Below are positions 25,690 through 34,016 of a stretch of 64,000 nucleotides of DNA, piece by piece. Within the stretch, counting starts at the first letter, position 1, and the number at the start of each line of letters is the position of its first letter. Under the pieces are notes generated by a model. That model was not told where the DNA came from. It worked only from the letters and a program-made list of their open reading frames with translations, and did not search any database. The stretch spans positions 192,001 through 256,000 of the forward strand of contig JBBIRR010000001.1 in NCBI GenBank assembly GCA_037441705.1. The letters run 5' to 3'. The stretch is from Ignavibacteriales bacterium. GTDB taxonomy: Bacteria > Bacteroidota > Ignavibacteria > UBA10030 > UBA6906. A program made the position numbers and the translations under genes.

Positions 25690-27009
25690 TTAGGCTGCCG
25701 CTGCCTGTGCTTCGACCTCCACCGGTCGCATCTTGATGCCGCATCGTTTCAGCAGTTCGGTCGGCATCTCTCCTCCAGCAAACACAAAGACGAAGTCGTT
25801 GCGCAAGTTGTGCATAATGTTCCCGCGCTCCTGCACAATCACGGCGTCGGACTTGATCTCCACAACCTGCGAGGAGAAGATGACGTTGAGCTTGCCGGAT
25901 TCAATGAACTGCTGCACCTTCTGTTCGTTCTTCTCCTTCAACCGCACGAATTCTTCCTTGCGATAACTTATCGTCACGGTATTTCCGACCTGACTTGCAA
26001 GGCCGATAGCAGCTTCCACCGCGCTATCACCGCCGCCCACGACGAGGATGTGTTTGTGCTTGTAGGTTTCGGCTTCGATCAATCTATACATCACCTTCGT
26101 GAGCTGCTCGCCCGGCACGCCCAGTTTGCGCGGGCTGCCGCGCCGACCCAACGCAAGCATAACGTTGGCGGCTCGGAATTCCGCACCTTGCGTCTTCACG
26201 ATGAAGTGATCGTTCAACGCGTGGATCGCCTCCACCTTCTGGCCGGTCAGGATGTTCAGCCGGAACCGCCCGACAATGTCCTGCCAGATGGCAAGCAATT
26301 CTTCTTTCGAGATTTCAGAAACTTTCAGCTTGCCGTAGAGCGGCAGCTCGACGGGGCTGGTGAGGACGAGCTTTTGTCGCGGATAGTGGAGAATCGCGCC
26401 GCCGATTTCGTCCTGCTCGAGCACGACATAGCGCATGTTTTTTGCTTGTGCTGCAAGCGCGGCGGCAAGTCCGGCAGGCCCCGCACCGACAATCACGACA
26501 TCGAAATCGGCCACGTGTTTCGAGCGACGCGACGAGGCAATGTGCTCGAGACCTTTGATTCCCTGATGCACCGCGTTCTTGATCAAGCCGATCCCGCCCA
26601 ATTCACCCACAATATAGAGTCCGGCGACGTTCGTTTGAAAGTTATCGTCGTAGAACGGAATTTCCATCCCCTGGCGCGGCGTACCGAATGCAAGGGTCAC
26701 GGCCCCGACGGGACACACATCGGCACACAGACCGTGACCGACGCACTTTGTGCCGTTGATGATGGCCGGTCGCCCCTGAACAATTCCGAGCACATGCTCG
26801 GGACAGGCGCGCACGCAGCTCGCGCAGCCGATGCAATCCGTCAGATCGAAATGCGGATGCAGCGTCACAGGAGCCGTAATGCCCATTCGCCGACTCTTCT
26901 CATATTTTTCCGCGGCCTCACGATGATGGCGGGCAACGCGACGCCAGTACGGAACGGCAACCAGGCTCACAAGAATCAGGAAAATGACCGACGTGTAGAT
27001 GGTCTCCAT
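25690..27009 (-). CDS. Membrane-anchored ferredoxin fused to a TrxR/FNR-like FAD-NAD(P)H oxidoreductase
   Basis: N-terminal TM helix, CIGCASCVRACP and CVGHGLCADVCP, GAGPAG, GGGDSA, SYRK. Confidence 0.9.
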   Translation of the reverse strand: METIYTSVIFLILVSLVAVPYWRRVARHHREAAEKYEKSRRMGITAPVTLHPHFDLTDCIGCASCVRACPEHVLGIVQGRPAIINGTKCVGHGLCADVCPVGAVTLAFGTPRQGMEIPFYDDNFQTNVAGLYIVGELGGIGLIKNAVHQGIKGLEHIASSRRSKHVADFDVVIVGAGPAGLAAALAAQAKNMRYVVLEQDEIGGAILHYPRQKLVLTSPVELPLYGKLKVSEISKEELLAIWQDIVGRFRLNILTGQKVEAIHALNDHFIVKTQGAEFRAANVMLALGRRGSPRKLGVPGEQLTKVMYRLIEAETYKHKHILVVGGGDSAVEAAIGLASQVGNTVTISYRKEEFVRLKEKNEQKVQQFIESGKLNVIFSSQVVEIKSDAVIVQERGNIMHNLRNDFVFVFAGGEMPTELLKRCGIKMRPVEVEAQAAAA

Positions 27010-27066
27010 CTCGTTATCTCTCCTGCTCGATGTGCATGCTTGTGAGTGAAATGAAAATCAACGCCC

Positions 27067-28665
27067 TCAAAACCTCACGCTCAGTTCAGCGAAAACGGAG
27101 TTCGATATCGTGCCGTAGCCGTCCAGCCTATCGAACGTCGTCATCAAGGTAAGGGACTGAGTGATGAAGACGAGAAGGTCGGCGCCGAGGGTTGTACTGT
27201 GGTCGCGCTGGTTTGTCTGACGCACGGTGTAACCGCTACGTTGGATGCGCGCGGTGACATCGAACAGCGCGCCGAACGCCCGCTGCACGGCAACACCGTA
27301 GCCCGATGCGTGCGTGTAGCGGTTCGCATGCAGGTTCACCGTCGAACGCACGGCAATGCCTGAGGAAAGAATGTCGTTGAATGAAAGGGATGAGATGTTG
27401 GAGTATTCCCTGCCGAAGGCTGCCTCCGGTGCGTTGCGCGGCCGGTAGGTGTTTGTCAGAGCGATGCCCGCGGGAAGGAACCAATTGAACGTCAGGCTCA
27501 ATCCGGATCGCAGATCATCAATGAGCAGCGAATCGGGGATGTCGCGGACCGCGCGGAAGCTGTAATACGGACGCGCAGCGTCGGCACCGACTCCTACGCT
27601 GAGCGACCCTGCGATGCGATACGTGAGATGGATATAGGCAGCGGTCAAACGCGGCGAGAGAATGAACTCGCTCCCCGCCTTCTTCCGCAAATCTGTCTCG
27701 ACATTCCCATACACAAAGAGGCTGCTGCCAATCGAAGCGTTGAGCAGCAGGCTCGCCACTTCGCGGTCGAGAGCGGAACGATAGTACGTCCTCGCATACG
27801 CCGCACCAACGGAGAGTTGCGACGGCGCGGGCACCGACACTTGCGCGAACAGGGCGACCTTCTTGTACTCGGTGGAGATACTCCGGAGCGTGAAGTCCGG
27901 CTGATACCCAAGCGTCGTTCCGACAAGCAGGGGACCGAGCTTTGCCGAAGCCATCAGCCCGTCCACATAACCGATGGACGGCGCATAGATGGGGATGATC
28001 CTTCCAACGGAGAGAATCCGATCACCGTCGTCGTATGTTACCGAAAGTCCGTAGATGCGGGATTGGTTAACCGCGCGCTTCGAAAACGGACTCCGATTGC
28101 CGATGGTGAGCGAGCGAAGGTTGGCAAGGATTTCGACCTGCAGCGGCACATCACGCAGCCCGCCGCGCAAGTTCAGCACAACACCCGGTTGCGTAATGTT
28201 GAAGGCAGAGTTCTCATAAAGCGACGTGAAGTACTGTGCACTCACGCGTCCCTGCAGCGTGAACGGCGAGCGTTCTGCGATGGATGACGATCGAACCGGC
28301 TGAGGATTCGGCAGCGGCTCGCCGGACGTTCGCTCCAGTTGGGGTGCGGCGGGGTCGGCTTTCTTCTGCTCGAGCAGGATGACTCTCGCCCACACCTCAT
28401 CGCCGACCACAATCTGACGCAGCGCGCTCACGACCCTGCATACCGACGACTTGGAACTCACAGCGTACACCTTCAGCACCGCAGTGGTATCCCGTCCGGC
28501 AACGACGTACAGCAGCGTCGAGTCCTGCACGCCGCTTCCGCGACCCAGCGAGGTGTACACACTCCCGCCCGCAAGGTAGGTAACGGTTCCACGAACAATC
28601 TTCTCTTCCGCCTGCAGCATGCACGCCGCAAGCATTCCTATCACCACCACGGTCTTCTTCATCAC
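27067..28665 (-). CDS. Putative outer-membrane beta-barrel (porin) with a small N-terminal beta domain
   Basis: Signal peptide, Pro-rich linker, alternating amphipathic strands, C-terminal 'VFAELSVRF'. Lies between cytochrome genes. Confidence 0.8.
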   Translation of the reverse strand: MMKKTVVVIGMLAACMLQAEEKIVRGTVTYLAGGSVYTSLGRGSGVQDSTLLYVVAGRDTTAVLKVYAVSSKSSVCRVVSALRQIVVGDEVWARVILLEQKKADPAAPQLERTSGEPLPNPQPVRSSSIAERSPFTLQGRVSAQYFTSLYENSAFNITQPGVVLNLRGGLRDVPLQVEILANLRSLTIGNRSPFSKRAVNQSRIYGLSVTYDDGDRILSVGRIIPIYAPSIGYVDGLMASAKLGPLLVGTTLGYQPDFTLRSISTEYKKVALFAQVSVPAPSQLSVGAAYARTYYRSALDREVASLLLNASIGSSLFVYGNVETDLRKKAGSEFILSPRLTAAYIHLTYRIAGSLSVGVGADAARPYYSFRAVRDIPDSLLIDDLRSGLSLTFNWFLPAGIALTNTYRPRNAPEAAFGREYSNISSLSFNDILSSGIAVRSTVNLHANRYTHASGYGVAVQRAFGALFDVTARIQRSGYTVRQTNQRDHSTTLGADLLVFITQSLTLMTTFDRLDGYGTISNSVFAELSVRF

Positions 28666-31232
28666 ACATTCCTATGGCAACTGTAACATGCTTGACTGTT
28701 GTACTGATAGTTCGGAACGTTCTGATGCTCGCGATCCATCTCGCTCTGGCGATGTTCGTGACAACTGATGCAGGTAAAGATCTGGTACTGCCCGAGGGTC
28801 GGGTGACATTGTGAGCAGGAGGTCCACTTCCCGCGGTGTTTGCCCGAATAAATCCTGAAATACTGCAGGTCGTGGTTGAATGTTGACGGCCTCCAGGCAG
28901 TCGTCGTGTGGCACGGTGTGCAATCGTGGCTGAACTGGAGCGTCACGTGATTGGGGTTCTGCGGCTGTGCATACTGCGCAGCATGGCATTGATAACAATC
29001 CTGATACGTCAAGTTGTAGTTGTTGTTGACATGACAGGAGACGCACGGCGTCGTTACGTGCCGTCCCGTGAGCGGGAATGCAGAGTTGTTATGATCGAAC
29101 GATGCCGGACTCCACGCCGCCGTTGTGTGACACTCTGTGCAGTTCTGACTGAAGTTGCGAGCCACGTGGTTTGGGTTGGTCGTGTTGTTGAAGTCGGTGA
29201 GATGACAACCCACACACGCCGTCGGCAAACCCTGGTACTGGTTGTTCACATGGCACTGGTTGCACGACGTTGCCAGATGCGCCCCGGTCAACGGAAACGC
29301 CGTGTTCGCATGATTGAACGTGGACGGCAGCCACGCCGTCGTCGTATGGCACGGCGCGCAGTCGTGATTGAAGTTGCCCAGCACGTGGTTCGGATTCGTC
29401 GGCAATGCATACTGCGCCGTGTGACAGGGATAGCAGTTCGTGTACTGCAGCTGATAATTCCCGCTCACGTGGCAATCCTGACACTGAATCGTTGCGTGCC
29501 GCCCCGTCAGCGGGAAGTTTGTGCTTGCATGATTGAACGACGCCGGATGCCACGCCGATTGAGTGTGGCACGTCAAACAATCGTGACTGAACTGTCCCTG
29601 CTGATGGTTGGGATTGGTCGTATTGTTGAAGGCCGTCGCATGGCAATCCCAGCACGTGTGCGGAAGATTCTGATACTGATTGTTGCGATGACATTGGTTG
29701 CACGTCACCGTCTGATGCGCGCCAACTAACGGAAACGCCGTGGTCGCATGATTGAACGTGGACGGCAACCATGCCGTCGTCGTGTGGCACGGCGCGCAGT
29801 CATGATTGAAGTTGCCCAGCACGTGGTTCGGATTCGTCGGCAATGCATACTGCGCCGTGTGACAGGGATAGCAGTCCGTGTACTGCAGCTGATAATTCCC
29901 GTTCACGTGGCAATCCTGACACTGAATCGTTGCGTGCCGCCCCGTCAGCGGGAAGTTTGTGCTTGCATGATTGAACGACGCCGGATGCCACGCCGAGGTT
30001 GTGTGACACTCCGTGCAATTCATACTGAAGCCTGCCGTCTGGTGGTTCGGATTCGTCGCGTTGTTGAAGTTCGACCTGTGGCAATCCACACAATTAGAGG
30101 GGATGGTGGTGTACTGCCCGTTCCGATGACATTGCTCGCAGCTGATGGCAAGATGTGCCCCGGTCAGCGGGAACGCCGTTGTGCTGTGATTGAAAGTCGA
30201 GGGCCGCCATGCAGTCTGCGAATGGCACGTTGCACATTCGGTCGGAAAGTTGCCCGCGGTGTGGTTGGGGCTCGTGGTGCCGTTGTACGCCGGGCGATGA
30301 CAGGCCACGCACTCCGTCGGCCTGCCGGCAAATTGATTATCCGCGTGACAGGCGCGGCATTGTTGGACGTGATGCGCGCCTACAAGAGGAAAGAGAGTTT
30401 GGTTGTGATCGAACCGCGCACCCTCCCACGTTGCAGTCGTATGGCAGCTTTGACATTCGGAGGAGAACCGCGCCGCCGCGTGGTTCGGATTGGTTGTTGA
30501 AGCAAACGCCGCTTGATGGCACGCAGCACATTGCTGAGGCGTGGAGCTAAACGCCGGTGTTGTGTGACAATCCGCGCAGGCGGTGGTTCGGTGCGCGCCC
30601 GTGAGGGGAAACGCCGTCCCTTCGTGCGTAAACCCTGTGCCCCACCGAAACGCCGTCACCTGATGGCATTGCTCGCAGTTAGGAGAAAAGCGAGCGAACG
30701 CGTGATTGGGATTCGTCGTGCGAGCGTAATCGGAACGGTGACAGCCGGCGCAGACGGTCGGCGTCCCCGCAAACAGCTTCTGCGCCGCGTTGGTGTGGCA
30801 CATCTGGCATGCGAGCGTTGCGTGCTTGCCCAACAGCGGAAAGCGCGTCAGTTGATGCTTCTGCACCATGTCCCCCACCCGCCAATTATCCGTCGAGTGA
30901 CAGCGTGTACAGCCTGTGCCCAACTCGCCGCGATGGACATCCGTGTGGCAGGAGAAGCAATCCGATGAGGCCTTTGCAAATTTCAATCCTGCGTGACAGG
31001 ACGAACATTGCAGCGAAGTGTGTTGCCCTTGCAACACGAAGCCGGTTGCGGCATGATCGAAGCTTGCATCTTTTCTCAGCTTCCACGTCTCAGTGTTGTG
31101 ACAGCTCGCGCAGGCATACCGAATCGGCCCGTGCGGCGATTCCTGAGCGTACACGTTCTCACCCACACATATCGCCAGCGTCAACAGACCGGCAACGAAC
31201 AGGGCTTGTCCTGTGTGTGCTCTGTTAACCAT
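28662..31232 (-). CDS. Giant multiheme c-type cytochrome, 34 CxxCH
   Basis: Signal peptide ending NVYA-QESPHGP. 34 CxxCH counted by hand, arranged in 73-aa three-heme modules. Confidence 0.95.
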   Translation of the reverse strand: MVNRAHTGQALFVAGLLTLAICVGENVYAQESPHGPIRYACASCHNTETWKLRKDASFDHAATGFVLQGQHTSLQCSSCHAGLKFAKASSDCFSCHTDVHRGELGTGCTRCHSTDNWRVGDMVQKHQLTRFPLLGKHATLACQMCHTNAAQKLFAGTPTVCAGCHRSDYARTTNPNHAFARFSPNCEQCHQVTAFRWGTGFTHEGTAFPLTGAHRTTACADCHTTPAFSSTPQQCAACHQAAFASTTNPNHAAARFSSECQSCHTTATWEGARFDHNQTLFPLVGAHHVQQCRACHADNQFAGRPTECVACHRPAYNGTTSPNHTAGNFPTECATCHSQTAWRPSTFNHSTTAFPLTGAHLAISCEQCHRNGQYTTIPSNCVDCHRSNFNNATNPNHQTAGFSMNCTECHTTSAWHPASFNHASTNFPLTGRHATIQCQDCHVNGNYQLQYTDCYPCHTAQYALPTNPNHVLGNFNHDCAPCHTTTAWLPSTFNHATTAFPLVGAHQTVTCNQCHRNNQYQNLPHTCWDCHATAFNNTTNPNHQQGQFSHDCLTCHTQSAWHPASFNHASTNFPLTGRHATIQCQDCHVSGNYQLQYTNCYPCHTAQYALPTNPNHVLGNFNHDCAPCHTTTAWLPSTFNHANTAFPLTGAHLATSCNQCHVNNQYQGLPTACVGCHLTDFNNTTNPNHVARNFSQNCTECHTTAAWSPASFDHNNSAFPLTGRHVTTPCVSCHVNNNYNLTYQDCYQCHAAQYAQPQNPNHVTLQFSHDCTPCHTTTAWRPSTFNHDLQYFRIYSGKHRGKWTSCSQCHPTLGQYQIFTCISCHEHRQSEMDREHQNVPNYQYNSQACYSCHRNV
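29290..29996. repeat. Near-identical intragenic direct repeat (29290-29558 and 29728-29996)
   Basis: Two copies of about 269 nt, 438 nt apart. 7 mismatches by manual comparison. Confidence 0.9.
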
Positions 31233-32892
31233 TGCGGATGCTTCCTGGTGTATGACATGATTCGCACGTTGATGGCATCGGCTTGAAGCGAACGAACGCC
31301 GTCGCCCCCCGGCGTTCTTCGCGATGGCACCGGCGGCACGGCACTCGCACATGAGCGCCCGTCAACGCAAACGTGCTGTGGGTATTGTGATCGAAAATCA
31401 GATTCTTCCATCCCTGTGGCTGGTGACAGCGGGCGCAATCGCTGGAGCCGTTGACGGCAAACTGACCCGCATGCGCATCCTCGTGGCACGCCGCGCACCG
31501 CCTGTCGGTTCCTTTGTACTGCGGCACCTCGAATCCTCCAACCTTCTTCGCGCGATGACAGGCGCCGCATCTGACGCTCGCATGTTTACCCACGAGGGGA
31601 AAGTTCGTCTTTGCATGATCGAAACTCTCGGGCCGCCAGTCGGTCGTGGAATGACATGCGTCGCAGCTTCTGCCTTTCATCTCCTGAGCAAACTGCCCTC
31701 CGTGGCGATCGCGATGGCACGCCTCGCAGCGCAGGTCGGCAAAGTGAAAGCCGCGCCGCCCGTCGTCGCCGCGCACGTGACAATCCTCGCAGAGCACCGC
31801 CGCATGCGCTCCCGTCAGCGGAAAACGCGCAGCACGATGAGCAGCCACGGTAAACGTCGCAGGAACGAACCCGAACGGCGTGTGGCACGATTCACACCGA
31901 TTGCCGAAGCGGGCGGCAAAATCTCCACGATGATAGTCCACGTGGCAATCAGTACACGCATTGTGTGCCAACTTCAGGGCCGAACCTGCGCGGGAGGTTC
32001 CCGTCTTATGGCACTTCTCGCACGCAACAAGCGCATGCTTGCCGAGAAGCTTGAAGGCTGTCTGATCATGATTGAATTTGCCCGCCAATGTGCGAACATT
32101 CCAACCATCAGGTACATGGCACGAACGACACGGCTGCTGCGAAAATCTCGCACTGTGAGGTGAAACGTGACACGGTGCGCAATCCCCGAACTCCTTTGTC
32201 CCAAACAGAACCGGCATTGCTTTCGTCTTCTGCTCCGGCGATGTGTGGCACTTGCTACACGGTACTGTGGCGTGCTTGCCTGTCAACGCAAACTCGGTCT
32301 TCGCATGATCGAACGCAGGCGTCGGAGACCATGTCGATGTGGAATGACAGCTCTGGCACTCGGTCCCCACCGTTTTCGCATGGCGATCTTCATGACAGCT
32401 GATGCAGCCTGTGCCCAGTCCGAGAAACGTCTCCCGACCCGTCTTCTGCACAAGCGCCTTCACGTCCGCGTCCTGAATCAACCTCGGTGTATGGCACTCC
32501 TCGCAGCGGATTGTTGCGTGCTTCCCCGTTCTCACGAATCCCGTGCGCGCATGATCAAACGAAAGCCGATCAATCAGAACCGTCTTCGCCTCAGCGCCAA
32601 GGTGTTCCTTATGACATGCAACGCACGGCTGCGATGAGACATTGAAATGATATCCCCTCTTTCTCTGGAGAGCGTTCTTGATCTCGGTATGACAGGTGAG
32701 ACACTTCCTGCCGCTGATTTCTTTCCCTGTTTCATGGCATTGCAGACAGTTGTTGATGCCTTCCAACTGCCGATGCGCACGCGAGAGCTCGCCCGGCGAA
32801 AACTGCGCGAACGAGTGGGCCATGATACCCACGGTAAGCATCAGCGAAACCCGAAGTGCCTGCACAACCCTCATCCTTCTGCCTTCCATCAA
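31225..32892 (-). CDS. Multiheme c-type cytochrome, 20 CxxCH
   Basis: Signal peptide, QFSPGELSRAH..LEG..NCLQCH start, 20 CxxCH counted by hand. Confidence 0.95.
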   Translation of the reverse strand: MMEGRRMRVVQALRVSLMLTVGIMAHSFAQFSPGELSRAHRQLEGINNCLQCHETGKEISGRKCLTCHTEIKNALQRKRGYHFNVSSQPCVACHKEHLGAEAKTVLIDRLSFDHARTGFVRTGKHATIRCEECHTPRLIQDADVKALVQKTGRETFLGLGTGCISCHEDRHAKTVGTECQSCHSTSTWSPTPAFDHAKTEFALTGKHATVPCSKCHTSPEQKTKAMPVLFGTKEFGDCAPCHVSPHSARFSQQPCRSCHVPDGWNVRTLAGKFNHDQTAFKLLGKHALVACEKCHKTGTSRAGSALKLAHNACTDCHVDYHRGDFAARFGNRCESCHTPFGFVPATFTVAAHRAARFPLTGAHAAVLCEDCHVRGDDGRRGFHFADLRCEACHRDRHGGQFAQEMKGRSCDACHSTTDWRPESFDHAKTNFPLVGKHASVRCGACHRAKKVGGFEVPQYKGTDRRCAACHEDAHAGQFAVNGSSDCARCHQPQGWKNLIFDHNTHSTFALTGAHVRVPCRRCHREERRGATAFVRFKPMPSTCESCHTPGSIRNG

Positions 32893-33749
32893 AAAATCCA
32901 GCGATAGCCCAGCATCACCGTTACGATAACGTGGGCCGCAAGCGTTATGAACATGATTACCGTGAAGGGCAGATGCACGGCATGCCAGTAAAAGAACAGC
33001 TTTTCCACCTGAGCAAGAACGATCGTCTTTTGCAGCAGCATTGTGCGTGCGGAAGCAAGCTTGAAGAGTGTCCGTGCTTGATGGTGCGAGAGACCGCTGC
33101 GCGCAATTGCTTCGTGCATCGCATGCTTCACACTCCGCCGCGCCCCGTGCAGCCGGAACAGTAACGCAGCCGTGTCACGCATCGTGGCAGGTGGGCGAAC
33201 CGATGCAAAGCGCTCATCCATGCTCGCCATCAGTTGTTTGCCCAGGGGAGATAGACCCAGCTCTCTCCCGAGCCTGTCCAGTTCGCCTCTGATCTCTTGC
33301 TGTGTCAGTTCTGTGCCCTTGATGTTCCGCGGGATCTGCACGTACAGGAATCTCCCGATAACGCCGCTTGCGGCCACGGAGAGCATACACCAGAGACTCA
33401 CGGCGGCGATGCCGCCCGCTTTGAAGGTGGTATGAAAGAGAACGAGAATGGGACCAAGCAGGCAGAGGAAGATATGGACTTCAAGCCAGCGCGACAGCTT
33501 ACCCAGATTCCACAATGCACGCACGCGCTTGCGCGTGGAGTACATGGTAACGCCGACAATGATCATCGTCGAGCCGATGATGCCGAGCCCGTGGCTGTAC
33601 GTGCCCGAGGGCTTCATCATTTCGTAGTCGGCGAGAAAGGGACGCTGGGAAATGGGCGTTGCGTAGTAGTGAAACCCGCGCGCGCCGATGGCGAGGACAG
33701 CAGAGAAGGATATAACGAACAGGAATGCGACAAAGAACTTATGTGCCAA
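32889..33749 (-). CDS. Inner-membrane protein with probable heme-b His ligands (ferric-reductase/cytochrome b-like)
   Basis: About 5 TM helices, WLEVHIFLCLLGP.LVLFH, WHAVHLPF...AAHV. First gene of the cytochrome operon. Confidence 0.8.
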   Translation of the reverse strand: MAHKFFVAFLFVISFSAVLAIGARGFHYYATPISQRPFLADYEMMKPSGTYSHGLGIIGSTMIIVGVTMYSTRKRVRALWNLGKLSRWLEVHIFLCLLGPILVLFHTTFKAGGIAAVSLWCMLSVAASGVIGRFLYVQIPRNIKGTELTQQEIRGELDRLGRELGLSPLGKQLMASMDERFASVRPPATMRDTAALLFRLHGARRSVKHAMHEAIARSGLSHHQARTLFKLASARTMLLQKTIVLAQVEKLFFYWHAVHLPFTVIMFITLAAHVIVTVMLGYRWIF

Positions 33750-34016
33750 CGACAGTTTTCCCCTTCAGGCGATCGCCGTTGAATAGACGACCACCCAGCC
33801 GAAAGAGTTGAGTGTGATTCTTCGGCACAACCGGCGAAACAGTGTAGGGATTTTTTCATTCATGAACAAGGACTGAAACGGTCGGAGTTGTTGCATTCAA
33901 CGCATGAAATGCTCCTCTTGTGCATTCCGAGAATGGCGTTTGCGTTTTCTTGATTTGCCTTCTGCTCCGCGTTGCCGTATCATACACATGTCGTCCAATC
34001 TCCCCTGAGGACTGTC

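Noticed and set aside
25672-27045. 457-aa plus-strand ORF, and similar ones at 40370-41545 and 55630-56907
   Set aside because: Antisense to well-supported genes, with no family motifs.
28908-32637. Repetitive plus-strand ORFs (MIER...VA...) opposite the cytochromes
   Set aside because: Mirror images of the CxxCH module repeats.
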